Shown here one piece after another: positions 51,664 to 63,897 of a DNA stretch of 64,000 bases. Both the position numbers and the translations under genes were made by a program. How positions within the stretch are numbered: the stretch's first letter is position 1; each line of letters starts with the position of its first letter. The DNA comes from Halarcobacter sp. GTDB taxonomy: Bacteria > Campylobacterota > Campylobacteria > Campylobacterales > Arcobacteraceae. The notes beneath the pieces are model-generated. The model saw only the letters and a list, made by a program, of their open reading frames with translations, searched no databases and was not told where the DNA came from. The stretch lies in assembly GCA_963676565.1 (NCBI GenBank), contig OY781089.1, positions 1,568,001 through 1,632,000 of the forward strand, given 5' to 3'.

Positions 51664-53073
51664 TTATGATAAATCTTTTAGTGTTGAGATATTTGCGGCA
51701 AGTTTATTTTGAACTTCTAAGTATTCAAGTTCAGGAATAGAATCTGCAACAACTCCAGCTCCTGCTTGGAAAATAATCTCATCTTCTTTTATTAATGATG
51801 TTCTAATTGTAATTGCAGAGTCCATATTTCCATCAAAACCGAAATAAGCAATACTTCCAGAATAAAAATTTCTTTTTATTCCTTCAAATTGAGCAATTAA
51901 TTCCATTGCTCTAATTTTTGGTGCTCCTGTCATTGTTCCTGCTGTAAAAGTAGCAGCAAAAAGATCAAACATATCGTATTTGTCATCAATTATTGCTTCT
52001 ACATCAGAAACCATATGCATTACATGTGAGTACTTTTCTACTCTCATTAAATCAGTTACTTTTACAGTTCCTGGTCGTGCAACTCTACCTACATCATTTC
52101 TACCAAGGTCAACTAACATTAGATGTTCTGCTTTTTCTTTTACATCAGATAACATCTCTTCTTCAAGTTCTAAATCTCGGTCAATGTTTTTTCCTCTTTT
52201 TCTAGTACCTGCAATAGGTCTTAAAAGTAGGTGTCCATCAACAAGTTTAATCATAACCTCTGGAGAACTTCCAGCAATTGTAAAGTCTTCATATTCAAGT
52301 AAAAATAGATAAGGACTAGGGTTTTTACTTCTTAATGCCCTATAAAAACTAAGATGGTCAACCTTTGCTTTTTGGATAAATCTATTTGACATTAAAATCT
52401 GAAAAACATCTCCAGATCTAATCATCTTTTTAGATTCTTCTACCATTTCAAAGAATTTTTCTTTTGAATAGTTAAATTTACCCTCGTCAATAATTTTTGC
52501 TTTTTTAAGTGGCGTAAATTCATAGGGTTTAAAAAGCTCTTCTTCAATTTTTTCTAGGTCATTTTTAAATGATTCAACTGAAGTAACCATAATCAATTTT
52601 GATGTTTTATGTGAAAATCCTAAGATGATGTTTGGTCTAATTAAATCTAAATCAGGCATATTTAATTGGTCTTCTAAATTGTTCATTGATTCTTTTAATT
52701 TTGGTTCAAACTCTTTACCTATGTCATAGCCAACATTACCTATAAAACCATCAACTAAACCAATTCCTAACTCTAAAGCTTTTTGTTTATAAAACTCTTT
52801 ATCAAAATTTTTATAATATTTTTGTAGAAACTTTAAAGGGTTTGATTCAACCTCTGAAACTTCACCTTTTTCATTCTTATAAAAACAGGTGTTGTTTTCA
52901 TACCAAACTCGTTCTCTATCTCCAATTACTATAAAAGAGTAGTTTCCATCACTTGAGTTTATTGTACTTTCAAAAAGAAAAGTAATTTCATCTTTGTATA
53001 AATTTTTAACTTTTTCATAGATCGAAACTGGTGTGAATTGATCTAGAAAAAGTTCTTTTGAATAAAATTGCAT
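51664..53073 (-). CDS. trpE: Anthranilate synthase component I
   Basis: NPSPY, GSSPE, PIAGTRKRG, EHLMLVDLGRND, GAPKIRAM. Confidence 0.9.
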   Translation of the reverse strand: MQFYSKELFLDQFTPVSIYEKVKNLYKDEITFLFESTINSSDGNYSFIVIGDRERVWYENNTCFYKNEKGEVSEVESNPLKFLQKYYKNFDKEFYKQKALELGIGLVDGFIGNVGYDIGKEFEPKLKESMNNLEDQLNMPDLDLIRPNIILGFSHKTSKLIMVTSVESFKNDLEKIEEELFKPYEFTPLKKAKIIDEGKFNYSKEKFFEMVEESKKMIRSGDVFQILMSNRFIQKAKVDHLSFYRALRSKNPSPYLFLLEYEDFTIAGSSPEVMIKLVDGHLLLRPIAGTRKRGKNIDRDLELEEEMLSDVKEKAEHLMLVDLGRNDVGRVARPGTVKVTDLMRVEKYSHVMHMVSDVEAIIDDKYDMFDLFAATFTAGTMTGAPKIRAMELIAQFEGIKRNFYSGSIAYFGFDGNMDSAITIRTSLIKEDEIIFQAGAGVVADSIPELEYLEVQNKLAANISTLKDLS

Positions 53074-53089
53074 TAAATTAAATACCTTA

Positions 53090-54037
53090 TTAGAATGTCA
53101 AAATAAATGCCCCTGAAACATTAAGTTTTTTCTTAATATCATCAGTTGCTAATCTTGCTTGTCCTCTACTATTATATGGTCCAATTAAAACTTTATGGAA
53201 CATTTTTCCATTTATAGAGACTTTGTAAATTTTGTATGAGTAACCTTTTGATTTAATATTATTTAAATATTTTACACTTGGCATTTTTGAAAATGCTCCA
53301 ATTTGGACAAATGTTCCTTTTGGTTTAGTTGTAATTGTTGAAGATGTTTTAGTCGCAGTTGATTTTACAACTTTTTTAGGTTCTTCTTTTTTTACTATAG
53401 GTTTTGGTTCAGGTTGTTTTTTTTCTGGAACTACAACAGCTTCCTCTTTTTTAACTTCAAAAACATCTGGTTTAGTTTCCGTTTCAGTTGGTTCAACTAC
53501 TAACTCTTTTTCTTCAATCTTTTTTAGGTCTAAGTTCTCTTCAACTTTTTCATCAATAGCCTGTGCTTTTTGATTTTCTTCTTTTATATTTTTTAGTTTT
53601 TCATTTATGATTTTTTGGTATTGTTCTTCAATATTTTCACTTTGAACAGATTCTTGTGCATCTTGCTTAGACTCTTTTGTAAAACTATCATTTTCATTTG
53701 GTGAGTCATTTGTTAAAAGACGAATTATTATAACAGTCAATAAAAATAAAATTACTAGAACAAGTCCTAAAATAAGGTATTTTTTCTTATTTTGCTCATT
53801 AGATTTTCCTTGACCTAACATAATATCTGAATATTCTTTCTCTTCTTGAATTTCAATCTCTCTGTCAAGTCTTGAAGTATTCATTTGACCTGGTTGATGA
53901 GGTTCTTGTCTTGGAGTATCATTATTGTTTTCATAAACAGACTCCGCATCATTTATCTCATTTAACCTTTGTTCAATCTCATTTTTTTCTTGTTGTAATT
54001 GAACTTTTTTTATAAAATCTTCGCCTTTTATTTCCAT
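53090..54037 (-). CDS. SPOR domain cell-division protein (DedD/FtsN-like)
   Basis: Single TM, low-complexity linker, C-terminal FVQIGAFS..KVLIGPY. Confidence 0.88.
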   Translation of the reverse strand: MEIKGEDFIKKVQLQQEKNEIEQRLNEINDAESVYENNNDTPRQEPHQPGQMNTSRLDREIEIQEEKEYSDIMLGQGKSNEQNKKKYLILGLVLVILFLLTVIIIRLLTNDSPNENDSFTKESKQDAQESVQSENIEEQYQKIINEKLKNIKEENQKAQAIDEKVEENLDLKKIEEKELVVEPTETETKPDVFEVKKEEAVVVPEKKQPEPKPIVKKEEPKKVVKSTATKTSSTITTKPKGTFVQIGAFSKMPSVKYLNNIKSKGYSYKIYKVSINGKMFHKVLIGPYNSRGQARLATDDIKKKLNVSGAFILTF

Positions 54038-54056
54038 AACTTATACCCTTTTTACT

Positions 54057-54076
54057 AGCTCCTTAAAAAGGAGCTT
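54057..54076 (-). terminator. Hairpin downstream of glyA
   Basis: AGCTCCTT-aaa-AAGGAGCT. Confidence 0.5.
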
Positions 54077-54151
54077 AGAATTATAAAATCCTACGAAAAG
54101 CAAAATGCTTTAAAAGATTATCCTTATTATAAAGGAAACTAAACTAAAATC

Positions 54152-55414
54152 TTAATAAGTAGATTGATTGTAAATTACAAAATCTCTTGCTAATTCTTTT
54201 AATTCTTGTTTGATTTGAGCTTGTAAGTCTGTATTGTTGATATCATCTAATACATCACAAATTTTATTTGCAATAAATGTAAACTCTTCCTCTTTCATAC
54301 CTCTAGCTGTAAGTGCAGGAGAACCAATTCTAATACCTGAAGTTACAAAAGGACTTCTTGTTTCACCTGGAACAGTATTTTTATTTACAGTAATTCCTGC
54401 ATTCCCTAAAGCGGCATCTGCATCTTTACCTGAAAAATCTTTATTTAAAAATGATACTAATACTAAGTGGTTATCTGTACCATCACTTACAATATCATAT
54501 CCTCTTGCCATTAAAACTTCACCTAATACTTTTGCATTAGCTTTAACTTGTTTTGCATAATCTTTCCATGATGGGTCAAGTATCTCTTTAAATGCTACAG
54601 CTTTTGCAGCCATAACGTGAACTAGAGGTCCACCTTGAATACCTGGGAAAATAGCTGAATTAATTTTTTTAGCAATCTCTTCATCATCTGTTAAAATAAG
54701 TCCACCTCTTGGTCCTCTTAATGTTTTATGTGTAGTTGTAGTTACAACATCTGCATGAGGGAATGGAGATGGATGTTCACCTGCAGCTACTAATCCTGCA
54801 ATATGAGCAATATCAGCAAAAAGATAAGCACCTACAGCATCAGCAATTTCTCTAAATTTTGCAAAATCAATCTCTCTTGCGTATGCAGATGCACCACAAA
54901 CAATAATTTTTGGTTGAGTAATTTTTGCTATTTCCATAACTTTATCATAGTTGATTCTACCATCTAGTTCTACACCATAATAAAATGCTTGGTAGTTTTT
55001 CCCAGAAAATGATGGTTTTGAACCATGTGTTAAGTGTCCACCATGAGATAAATCCATACCTAAGATTCTTTCACCAGCTTTTATTAATGCTGCATAAACT
55101 GCACCATTTGCTTGACTTCCTGAGTGTGGTTGTACATTTGCAAATTTACATCCAAAAATTTCACAAGCTCTATCAATAGCTAATTGTTCAGCTTTATCAG
55201 CAAATTCACATCCACCATAATATCTTTTATATGGATATCCTTCTGCATATTTATTTGTAAATACAGAACCCATAGTTTGCATAACTGCTGGACTTGTAAA
55301 GTTTTCACTAGCAATCATCTCTAAGTGATCAGTTTGTCTTACTAGTTCTGCCTCAACTAAATCAAAAATCTCTTTATCTGCCTGCTCTAAATTAGCATTT
55401 GAAATATAACTCAT
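54152..55414 (-). CDS. glyA: Serine hydroxymethyltransferase
   Basis: [27 protein letters not shown]. Confidence 0.98.
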   Translation of the reverse strand: MSYISNANLEQADKEIFDLVEAELVRQTDHLEMIASENFTSPAVMQTMGSVFTNKYAEGYPYKRYYGGCEFADKAEQLAIDRACEIFGCKFANVQPHSGSQANGAVYAALIKAGERILGMDLSHGGHLTHGSKPSFSGKNYQAFYYGVELDGRINYDKVMEIAKITQPKIIVCGASAYAREIDFAKFREIADAVGAYLFADIAHIAGLVAAGEHPSPFPHADVVTTTTHKTLRGPRGGLILTDDEEIAKKINSAIFPGIQGGPLVHVMAAKAVAFKEILDPSWKDYAKQVKANAKVLGEVLMARGYDIVSDGTDNHLVLVSFLNKDFSGKDADAALGNAGITVNKNTVPGETRSPFVTSGIRIGSPALTARGMKEEEFTFIANKICDVLDDINNTDLQAQIKQELKELARDFVIYNQSTY

Positions 55415-55472
55415 ATAATTGTCTCTCCTATGTTTTGTTTATTTAATTTTTATTTTTTTACAAGAAATGAAA

Positions 55473-56996
55473 TTATTCATTTCCCTCTTCATCTTCAAGC
55501 AAATCAATCTCTTGTTTGATTGGCTTCATAGCAGGGAAAAGAAGTACATCTCTAATACTATGTTGATTTGTTAACATCATAACCAATCTATCTATACCAA
55601 TACCTTGACCTGCTGTTGGAGCCATACCATAAGATAAAGCATTAACAAAATCTTCATCCATCTCATGTGCCTCATCATCGCCACTATCTTTTGCTGCCAT
55701 TTGACCTTCAAATCGCTCAAGTTGATCAAGAGGGTCATTTAGCTCACTAAAAGCATTTGCAATCTCTTTCCCTGCGATAAATAACTCAAATCTATCTGTT
55801 AGATGTGGTTTTTCATCATTTCTTCTTGCAAGTGGTGAAATTTCAACTGGGTATTCAGTTATAAATGTTGGGTTAATTAATTTAGCTTCAACATATTCAT
55901 CAAATAATTCACCTTGTAACTGACCTAAATTCATAGCCTCATTTACTTCAAGATTTTTCTCTTTCATAAAGGCAATAATTTTATCTTTGTCTTCTGTAAT
56001 ATCAGCTGGAACACCACCAATAGTTGTTAAAGATTCAATTAATGGAACTTCAGAAAACTTAGAGAAATCTATCTCTAACTCACCATATGGTAATTTTGTT
56101 GGTAAGTCTAAGTGCTCAAATAAAAACTCAAAATACTCTTTTGTAAGTTCGATTAAATCTTTATATGTTTTATAAGCCCAATAAAACTCAATAGAAGTAA
56201 ATTCAGGATTATGGGTTGCATCCATACCTTCGTTTCTAAAGTTTCTATTGATTTCAAATACTGCTTCAAAACCACCAACTATAAGTCTTTTTAAATATAA
56301 TTCTGGTGCAATTCTTAAATATCTATCAACACCAAGTGCATTATGATGTGTAACAAAAGGTTTAGCATTTGCTCCACCTGCAATTGGGTGCATCATAGGT
56401 GTTTCAACTTCAAGAAAGCCTTTGTTTTCAAAAAATCTTCTAGTTAAACTAATAACTCTAGATCTGATATGAAAAGTTTTTCTAACTTGAGAGTTCATAA
56501 TTAAATCTAAATATCTTTGTCTATATCTTAATTCTTTATCAGTAATTCCATGGAATTTTTCTGGAAGAGGAGAGATGGCTTTTGTTAAAATTTTTAAACT
56601 ATCAACATGTAAAGATAACTCACCTTTTCCAGTAATAAAAGGGTAGCCCCCAACTTCAATTATGTCACCAACTTCAATATTCTTTTTAAAAGTTTCATTG
56701 TAAAAACCTTCAGGTAAATTATCTCTAGCTACATAAATTTGTAAAATTCCACTTTCATCTTCAATCTTTAGAAAACTAGCTTTACCCATCAGTCTAAAAA
56801 ATTTAATTCTACCAGCTACTATATAATGTCTATTTTCATCTCTTTTTTCTTCAGTTTGAAATAGGTCTGTATTTACATTCAAATATTTTGCAATTGTAGT
56901 ATTTCTTGAACTATCATTTGCATAAGGGTTAATCCCTTTTTCTTTTAAAGTGTTTGCTTTTTCTATTCTTTGTTGTATATATTTGTTTTCAAACAA
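55473..56996 (-). CDS. lysS: Lysine--tRNA ligase (class II)
   Basis: [32 protein letters not shown]. Confidence 0.98.
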   Translation of the reverse strand: MFENKYIQQRIEKANTLKEKGINPYANDSSRNTTIAKYLNVNTDLFQTEEKRDENRHYIVAGRIKFFRLMGKASFLKIEDESGILQIYVARDNLPEGFYNETFKKNIEVGDIIEVGGYPFITGKGELSLHVDSLKILTKAISPLPEKFHGITDKELRYRQRYLDLIMNSQVRKTFHIRSRVISLTRRFFENKGFLEVETPMMHPIAGGANAKPFVTHHNALGVDRYLRIAPELYLKRLIVGGFEAVFEINRNFRNEGMDATHNPEFTSIEFYWAYKTYKDLIELTKEYFEFLFEHLDLPTKLPYGELEIDFSKFSEVPLIESLTTIGGVPADITEDKDKIIAFMKEKNLEVNEAMNLGQLQGELFDEYVEAKLINPTFITEYPVEISPLARRNDEKPHLTDRFELFIAGKEIANAFSELNDPLDQLERFEGQMAAKDSGDDEAHEMDEDFVNALSYGMAPTAGQGIGIDRLVMMLTNQHSIRDVLLFPAMKPIKQEIDLLEDEEGNE

Positions 56997-57016
56997 TCTT
57001 AATTTCCTTTTTTCTT

Positions 57017-57775
57017 TTATTCTGATTTTTCTGTGTTTGTTGCTTCTTGTGTTGATTGGGGCATCGGATCATTTTTAATCTCTTCTGCTATTTCGTCAAC
57101 TTTTTTATTTACAGTTTTTTTAACTGCATCAACAACCTCTGTAGAAGATTTAATTGTAGCTTCTTTCATACCTTTTACAGTATCGCTTAGTTCTTCTTTA
57201 ATAGATTTTTGTTTTAATAAATCGTCATCTTCTTCAATTACTTGATCTTCTTTTGGAGTAATTTTTTCTTCTACTTTTTTCATAAAATCACTAGCATCTA
57301 ATTTAACAATAAATCCACCAGTGCTAAGTAAAAATGGGAAAGTAGCTGATTTTGCAACTTTTGTATTCATTAAGTCTTTAAATGAATTAACTTGATATAA
57401 AGCATAAATAATTACTGAAAAAATTAAAAATATTTTTGCACTACCAAAGAAAAATCCTAAGATTCTATCAAATAAACCTAATCCACTTGCTTGGAATATT
57501 TTACTTAAAATAATTCCTGCAACATAAACAATTGCCCAAAATCCTACAAGTCCTATAATAAAACCAATAAGTTTAATCGTTGCTTGATTTTCTAAAGCTA
57601 AAAGTGGAGCAATTGCTTGTCCAATATCTCCAGCTAATCTTGAAGCAATAAAAATACCACCAATAATTCCTACTAAACCAAATATTTCTTTAATAAAGCC
57701 TCTTAAAAGACCTTTTAGTCCAAGTAATACTGTAATACTAACGATAACTATGTCAAAAACTGTAAAATTTTGCAT
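57017..57775 (-). CDS. cvpA: CvpA family membrane protein with a long charged tail
   Basis: [18 protein letters not shown]. Confidence 0.87.
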   Translation of the reverse strand: MQNFTVFDIVIVSITVLLGLKGLLRGFIKEIFGLVGIIGGIFIASRLAGDIGQAIAPLLALENQATIKLIGFIIGLVGFWAIVYVAGIILSKIFQASGLGLFDRILGFFFGSAKIFLIFSVIIYALYQVNSFKDLMNTKVAKSATFPFLLSTGGFIVKLDASDFMKKVEEKITPKEDQVIEEDDDLLKQKSIKEELSDTVKGMKEATIKSSTEVVDAVKKTVNKKVDEIAEEIKNDPMPQSTQEATNTEKSE

Positions 57776-57842
57776 ACATACCCTTCTTTATAATATGGCG
57801 CAATTATAACTAAGATTTTCCAAATAAAAGTTTAATAGCATT

Positions 57843-59936
57843 TTACGAAGTTTTTAATGTCTCTAAATCAAATGATATATAAAAGGTCAAACCTTTTACT
57901 TTTTTATCTTCATATATGAAAATATCATTATATATTGATAATTTACAATTCATATGTTTCACTAAAATTTCTTGGGTCATATAAAGGCCAATACCCGTTC
58001 CTTGTGATTGATGTTTCGTTGTAAAGTATGGTTCAAAGATTTTTTCAATAATTTTATTGTCAACCCCACCAGCAGTATCTTTTATAATTAAAGTATCTTT
58101 AGAAAATTTGATAAAGATAGTTTTTTCTTCTGATTTATTTTTTATAAAGGCATCAATTGAGTTATTGATTATATTTAAGACTGCTTGTTGAAATTCATTT
58201 TTAAAACTATAAAGTTTTATATTTTCATTAATTTTAATTTCTGTATTTATATTTGAGGCTTTTAATCTATCTTTCAAAAGATTTAAACTCTCACTAATAG
58301 CTTTTTTTAATTCAAATTCTTCTTTTTGTTTTTTCTCTTTAAAAAAGTTTCTAAAATCTTCTATTGTTTGAGATAAATAATTTGTATTATCCAGAATTTT
58401 TTCACAAGTATAATCAATGTCATCGTCATCTACAAGTTTTAGTTCTTTTTTTATCTTCAATCCACTTGCTAAACTTGAGATTGAACTTAATGGTTGTCTC
58501 CATTGGTGTGCGATATTATTTAACATTTCTCCCATTGACGCCATTTTATTTTGTTGGAATAATATCCTATCTTTTTCGATTAATATTTGATTATTTTCTA
58601 TTTCATTTGTTATATCAGTTAAAGTTACAATAATATAAGGTACTTTTTCTTCAATATCTGCAAGGTTTACATTTAAAGTAAAGTGGTGGATTTTATCAGC
58701 TTTTTTTATTGCTGCTTTAAATTTTCTTTTATTATTATTATTAAGAATATGTTCTGCCCAGTTTTTACCATTATAATTTTTATCAATCAAATAATTCTCA
58801 TCATTCATCTCAATAAATCTATCACAAATACAATCATATTTTTCTTTAAATTCATCAAGTGATTTAAATTCATCAAAGAATTCAATTAATTGTGCATTTG
58901 CATTTTGTATTTTTACTCCATCTGTGATAACAATAATATTTTTTTGAGAATCTAAAATAGTTTGTGCCCTTTTTTTCTCTATTTGAATCTCTTTTAAGTA
59001 AAAATAATAGTTTATAGCTAAAAACAATATACCTATTAGAATAATAAATAAAATTAAGTTTCTAATTGAACTTTTTTTTGCAGCTAAAATAGAACTAACA
59101 TCTATATCTTTTAGATTTTTTGCTAGTATTATGTAACCTACTATTTCATTTTCAAACTCAATTGGTTGCTGAGTTAAAAGAAATTTTTTATTAATTATTT
59201 TGTGATCATTTATATTAAGTATTTTTTCAATACCCTCATTTTTTACTAAATCTATTAGATATTCTTTTGCATTAAAATTTGCAATATAATAATCACCCAT
59301 AAAATTTTTTGTAAATGGATAAGTTATTTTATCTTTGTATTTTTTATCAGCTAAAATCAAAGTATCAATTTTTTGTTTTTCAAGCATCCTTGAAATAGAA
59401 TTAAAGTGAGTTATTACTTCAAAAATACCTATTAATTCATTGTTTATTAATATTGGAACCATTGATTTAAAAGACATATCATATCTTCCAACACTAATTG
59501 AAGTTTGTATTTTTTTTGTTTCTAAAATCTTTTTAACATCAGGTCGAAATTTAACTGAATCATTTCTGTGATCACTCCAACTTCTGTAAAAGCTATTCCC
59601 CTCTCTATCTATAATCTGAAACCAAACATTTTTAAATTTTGTATATTTTCTTAATTGTAAAGAGTATTTATTTAAATCTATATTTGAACTATTTTTTGTA
59701 AGTATTGAATTAATAAATTCTTTATTTTCAACAAAAGATAACGCTATAGATAAAGTTGCATTTTTTTTATCTGATATTAAAGTTAAAAGATTTTTTTTAA
59801 TATATTCAGAATTTGTATAATATTTTTGAAGTAGTTTATTATTTTGCTCTTTTTGAATATAAAAATTAGTAATTAAATATATTAATAAAGATACTAATAT
59901 AAAAGAAAATAATTGAATAAGTGTTTTTACGTTCAT
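57843..59936 (-). CDS. Cache-domain sensor histidine kinase (orphan)
   Basis: TM-Cache-TM, PAS-like region, IAHQWRQPL, NNSIDA, DTAGG, GTGIGL. Confidence 0.92.
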   Translation of the reverse strand: MNVKTLIQLFSFILVSLLIYLITNFYIQKEQNNKLLQKYYTNSEYIKKNLLTLISDKKNATLSIALSFVENKEFINSILTKNSSNIDLNKYSLQLRKYTKFKNVWFQIIDREGNSFYRSWSDHRNDSVKFRPDVKKILETKKIQTSISVGRYDMSFKSMVPILINNELIGIFEVITHFNSISRMLEKQKIDTLILADKKYKDKITYPFTKNFMGDYYIANFNAKEYLIDLVKNEGIEKILNINDHKIINKKFLLTQQPIEFENEIVGYIILAKNLKDIDVSSILAAKKSSIRNLILFIILIGILFLAINYYFYLKEIQIEKKRAQTILDSQKNIIVITDGVKIQNANAQLIEFFDEFKSLDEFKEKYDCICDRFIEMNDENYLIDKNYNGKNWAEHILNNNNKRKFKAAIKKADKIHHFTLNVNLADIEEKVPYIIVTLTDITNEIENNQILIEKDRILFQQNKMASMGEMLNNIAHQWRQPLSSISSLASGLKIKKELKLVDDDDIDYTCEKILDNTNYLSQTIEDFRNFFKEKKQKEEFELKKAISESLNLLKDRLKASNINTEIKINENIKLYSFKNEFQQAVLNIINNSIDAFIKNKSEEKTIFIKFSKDTLIIKDTAGGVDNKIIEKIFEPYFTTKHQSQGTGIGLYMTQEILVKHMNCKLSIYNDIFIYEDKKVKGLTFYISFDLETLKTS

Positions 59937-60093
59937 ACCAATTAACCCATCTCCCTCAAGTAACTAATTATAGGGTAAGTTATGTAATTTTTAAATAAAA
60001 TAACTTTTAATTACTTGCATAAAAATTTTAGTAACAAATTAATTGCAAAAACTTTACTAATAATTAATGTTTTTTTGCTAAAATTCGCACATT

Positions 60094-61161
60094 ATGAATA
60101 ATGTAAAAAGATATCCAACAAAAAAAATATTCGTAGGTGATGTAGCAATTGGTGGAGATGCACCAATTTCAGTACAATCTATGACTTATAGTAAAACATC
60201 AGATATAGAAGCTACAGTAGAGCAAATTAGAAAATTGCATTTTGCTGGAGCTGATATTGTTAGAGTTGCAGTTCCTGACCAAGAGGCAGCAAATGCATTA
60301 AAATCAATTAAAGAACAAACTTCATTACCTTTAGTAGCAGATATACACTTCAATCACAAATTAGCACTTATTGCTGCCGAAGTTGTTGATTGTATTAGAA
60401 TTAATCCAGGAAATATAGGAAATAAACAAAGGGTAGCAGAAGTAGTTCGTGCTTGTAAAGAAAGAAATCTTCCTATTAGAATTGGTGTAAATTGTGGTTC
60501 CCTTGAAGCTCAGTTTGAAAATAAATATGGACAAACTCCAAAAGGTATGGTTGAAAGCGCTGATTATAATATCAAATATCTTGAAGATTTAGGTTTTGAT
60601 GATATAAAAGTTTCATTGAAAGCTAGTGATGTTCAAAGAACAGTTGAAGCTTATAGAATGTTAAGACCAATGAATAATTATCCTTTCCATTTAGGTGTTA
60701 CTGAAGCTGGGACTATTTTTCACTCAACTATAAAATCATCAATTGCCTTAGGAAGTTTACTTCTTGATGGTATTGGGGATACAATGAGAATCTCAATTAC
60801 TGGAGAACTTGAAAAAGAGATTGAAGTAGGCCGAGCTATATTAAAAGATGCTGGGCTTACAAAAGAGGGACTTAATATTATATCTTGTCCAACTTGTGGG
60901 AGAATTGAAGCTGATTTAGTAACTGCAGTTGCCGAAGTTGAAGAGAAAACGAAACATATTAAAAAACCTTTAAATGTATCAGTTATGGGATGTGTTGTAA
61001 ATGCCTTAGGTGAAGCAAAAGCTGCCGATGTTGCTATTGCTTACGGAAAAGGTGTTGGTCTTATTATTAAAAAAGGTGAGACAATAGCAAAGCTTCCAAC
61101 AGATCAACTTCTTAATAGATTTTTAGAAGAGGTTGAGGCAGAAGCTAAAAAAGAGGATTAA
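60094..61161 (+). CDS. ispG: (E)-4-hydroxy-3-methylbut-2-enyl-diphosphate synthase
   Basis: [40 protein letters not shown]. Confidence 0.97.
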   Translation: MNNVKRYPTKKIFVGDVAIGGDAPISVQSMTYSKTSDIEATVEQIRKLHFAGADIVRVAVPDQEAANALKSIKEQTSLPLVADIHFNHKLALIAAEVVDCIRINPGNIGNKQRVAEVVRACKERNLPIRIGVNCGSLEAQFENKYGQTPKGMVESADYNIKYLEDLGFDDIKVSLKASDVQRTVEAYRMLRPMNNYPFHLGVTEAGTIFHSTIKSSIALGSLLLDGIGDTMRISITGELEKEIEVGRAILKDAGLTKEGLNIISCPTCGRIEADLVTAVAEVEEKTKHIKKPLNVSVMGCVVNALGEAKAADVAIAYGKGVGLIIKKGETIAKLPTDQLLNRFLEEVEAEAKKED

Positions 61162-62267
61162 TTTTTAAAAAGATATTTAAAAAGTTTTAAAGTAGCTTGA
61201 CCTTTAGTTAAAGGTTTAGCTGTCCCCTCCCAATATGCTAATCCTCTTCTTTGCAGTTTTTCATTTTGAAAAAATTTAATTAATTTATTCGTCATAAAAT
61301 CGAAACTTAAAAATATTTTTTGCATTATTTTAAAAAAATCAAACCTTTTACGAAATTTTTTATTCCATTCTTTTTCATAAAAATAAGGATCTTCTTTTAT
61401 TATGGCATCGGCTAAAATGTCAGCAGATTTTATTGCATAATATATACCTTCATAGGTAAATGGTAAAACTTGTCCAGCAGCATCACCAACGAAAAAAACG
61501 TTATTTTTGAAAAATATATCATCTTTTTTCCAAATTGGTATAAAAAAGCCATTTACTTTTGTTTCATCATTTTTAATAATCTTTTTTTTGAATATTGGGA
61601 AAAGTTTTTTTGCATTTGTTCCTTCTTTTAATCCTGCACCAATAGAGAGTTTATTACCATGGGGGAATACCCAAGCGTATTCATTTGGGGCATAGTTTTT
61701 ACCAAAATAAAATTCACAAAAATCAATATTCTTATTTGGGATATTACAGTAGTTTGTTAATATTGAATCTACTGTAGAATTAAATAAATCCTTTCTTACA
61801 CTTGATTTTACACCGTCTGCCCCTATTAAATATTTTGTTTTTATAATTAGAGTTTTATTTTTTGTTTCTATTTTAACTAGGTAATAGTTTTCTTTCTTTT
61901 CTGCTTTTTTATATCTTCCTTCTATTAAAATAGTTCCAGCTTCTTTTGCTAATTCTCTATTTTTTTTGTCAAACTCTTGTCTTAATACAATAGAGATTGG
62001 TGTTTTTGAAATATCAACTTCAACACTATAATTTGGTGAATAAAGTTTACATACATTGATTTTTTTATTTTCATACTCTTTTGGTAAATCAAACTCATCA
62101 AATACAATTGATTTTACTCCACCTCCACAAGGTTTGTCATAATTGAGATTTTTTTCTACTAGAATATTATCAATACTATTTTTTGATAACTTTCTAGCTA
62201 AAGTTGAGCCAGAAGGTCCACCTCCTATTATTAGACATTTCGTAGAAAGCTCATATTGGTTTTTCAT
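61158..62267 (-). CDS. Geranylgeranyl reductase-family FAD oxidoreductase
   Basis: [41 protein letters not shown]. Confidence 0.87.
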   Translation of the reverse strand: MKNQYELSTKCLIIGGGPSGSTLARKLSKNSIDNILVEKNLNYDKPCGGGVKSIVFDEFDLPKEYENKKINVCKLYSPNYSVEVDISKTPISIVLRQEFDKKNRELAKEAGTILIEGRYKKAEKKENYYLVKIETKNKTLIIKTKYLIGADGVKSSVRKDLFNSTVDSILTNYCNIPNKNIDFCEFYFGKNYAPNEYAWVFPHGNKLSIGAGLKEGTNAKKLFPIFKKKIIKNDETKVNGFFIPIWKKDDIFFKNNVFFVGDAAGQVLPFTYEGIYYAIKSADILADAIIKEDPYFYEKEWNKKFRKRFDFFKIMQKIFLSFDFMTNKLIKFFQNEKLQRRGLAYWEGTAKPLTKGQATLKLFKYLFKN

Positions 62268-62375
62268 TTTTCACCTTATAAATTAAGTTTTTTATTCTAA
62301 GGCAAAGCATCTAAAATTAACTTGAAGATAATCACTCTTTAGCTATAATTTTTAGCTTATAAAAATGGAGATTTA

Positions 62376-63815
62376 ATGGATAGTGTATATAGTATAAATA
62401 TTGAAAGAGCAGTTTTAAGTTCAATTCTTTTTAATCCTGAAGAGTTAGAAGATGTATTAGGTGTTTTAAAACCAAAAGATTTTTATCTGCCTGCTCACCA
62501 AAAGATTTTTGCAGTGATGATAAAACTACATGATTTGGCAATGCCAATTGATGAAGAGTTTATTAGAAAAAGAGTTAATCCAAAAGAAGTTGATGATTCA
62601 ATTTTATTAGAAATTTTATCTGCAAATCCAATAACTAATACGCTAGCATATGTAAGAGAGATTAAAGATGGTTCTGTAAAAAGAGAACTTACAACTTTAG
62701 CAACCACAATAAAAAAAGTTTCACTTGAAGAAGAAACCTCTGCAAATGATGCTTTAGATGTTGTACAAAGTGAACTTTATAAAATATCAACTGATAGTGC
62801 AACTTCTGAATTAAAACATATGGAGACAATCACTTCTGATACTCTTTCATATATTGAAAAAATGAAAAAACTTGGAAATCAACACCTTACAGGTAGACCA
62901 ACAGGTTTTTATGATTTAGATAAAAGAACAACAGGATTTAATGAAGGTGACTTAATTATCTTAGCAGCTAGACCAGCTATGGGTAAAACAGCCCTTGTAT
63001 TAAATATGGCATTAGCAAATGTCGAAGCTGGTAATGGTGTTATATTTTTCTCACTAGAGATGCCAGCAGAACAATTGATGTTAAGGATGCTTGCTGCTAA
63101 AACATCAATTCCTTTACAAAACTTAAGAAAAGGTGATTTAGATGATAAGCAATGGACAGATTTAACAAATGCCTTTGAAGATTTAAATACAAAAAAACTA
63201 TTTGTTGATGATGGTGGTAGTGTTAATATTAATCAATTAAGAGCAAGGGTTAGAAAATTAGCTCAAAATGAAGCCAATAATATCTCAATGGTAGTTATCG
63301 ATTACCTTCAACTTATGCAAGGGACAGGTAATAAAGATAGACACCAAGAAGTTTCTGATATCTCAAGGGGACTTAAGATGTTGGCAAGGGAGATGAAAAT
63401 CCCAATTATTGCACTTTCACAGCTTAATAGGGGACTTGAAAATAGACCTGATAAAAGACCAATGTTAAGTGACCTTCGAGAATCTGGTGCTATTGAACAG
63501 GATGCGGATATTATTATGTTCGTATATAGAGATGATGTTTATAAAGAAAGGGAAGAAGCAAGAAAAGAAAAAGAAGCTAAAGATAAAGGTGAAGAGTATA
63601 AGTCTAAGTTTGTAAATAAGCCAGTTGAAGAAGCAGAAATAATAATTGGAAAACAAAGAAATGGTCCAATTGGAACTGTAAAACTTGATTTCCAAAAACA
63701 ATATACAAGATTTGTTAATAAAGATAATCCAAATGAAGCACCAATAGAGGTGGTTTTTGAATCAATTTCAGATACAGGAAAAGAAACACAAATAGATGTA
63801 CCAGACATATTATAA
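62376..63815 (+). CDS. dnaB: Replicative DNA helicase
   Basis: AARPAMGKT, FSLEM, IDYLQL, LSQLNR, LRESGAIEQDAD, KQRNGP. Confidence 0.97.
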   Translation: MDSVYSINIERAVLSSILFNPEELEDVLGVLKPKDFYLPAHQKIFAVMIKLHDLAMPIDEEFIRKRVNPKEVDDSILLEILSANPITNTLAYVREIKDGSVKRELTTLATTIKKVSLEEETSANDALDVVQSELYKISTDSATSELKHMETITSDTLSYIEKMKKLGNQHLTGRPTGFYDLDKRTTGFNEGDLIILAARPAMGKTALVLNMALANVEAGNGVIFFSLEMPAEQLMLRMLAAKTSIPLQNLRKGDLDDKQWTDLTNAFEDLNTKKLFVDDGGSVNINQLRARVRKLAQNEANNISMVVIDYLQLMQGTGNKDRHQEVSDISRGLKMLAREMKIPIIALSQLNRGLENRPDKRPMLSDLRESGAIEQDADIIMFVYRDDVYKEREEARKEKEAKDKGEEYKSKFVNKPVEEAEIIIGKQRNGPIGTVKLDFQKQYTRFVNKDNPNEAPIEVVFESISDTGKETQIDVPDIL

Positions 63816-63897
63816 AATATAAAAATATATTATTTTATTATCTTTATTTAAGAAACCTAAATATATAATTTAAAAATTTACTTTTAAAGGATATATT

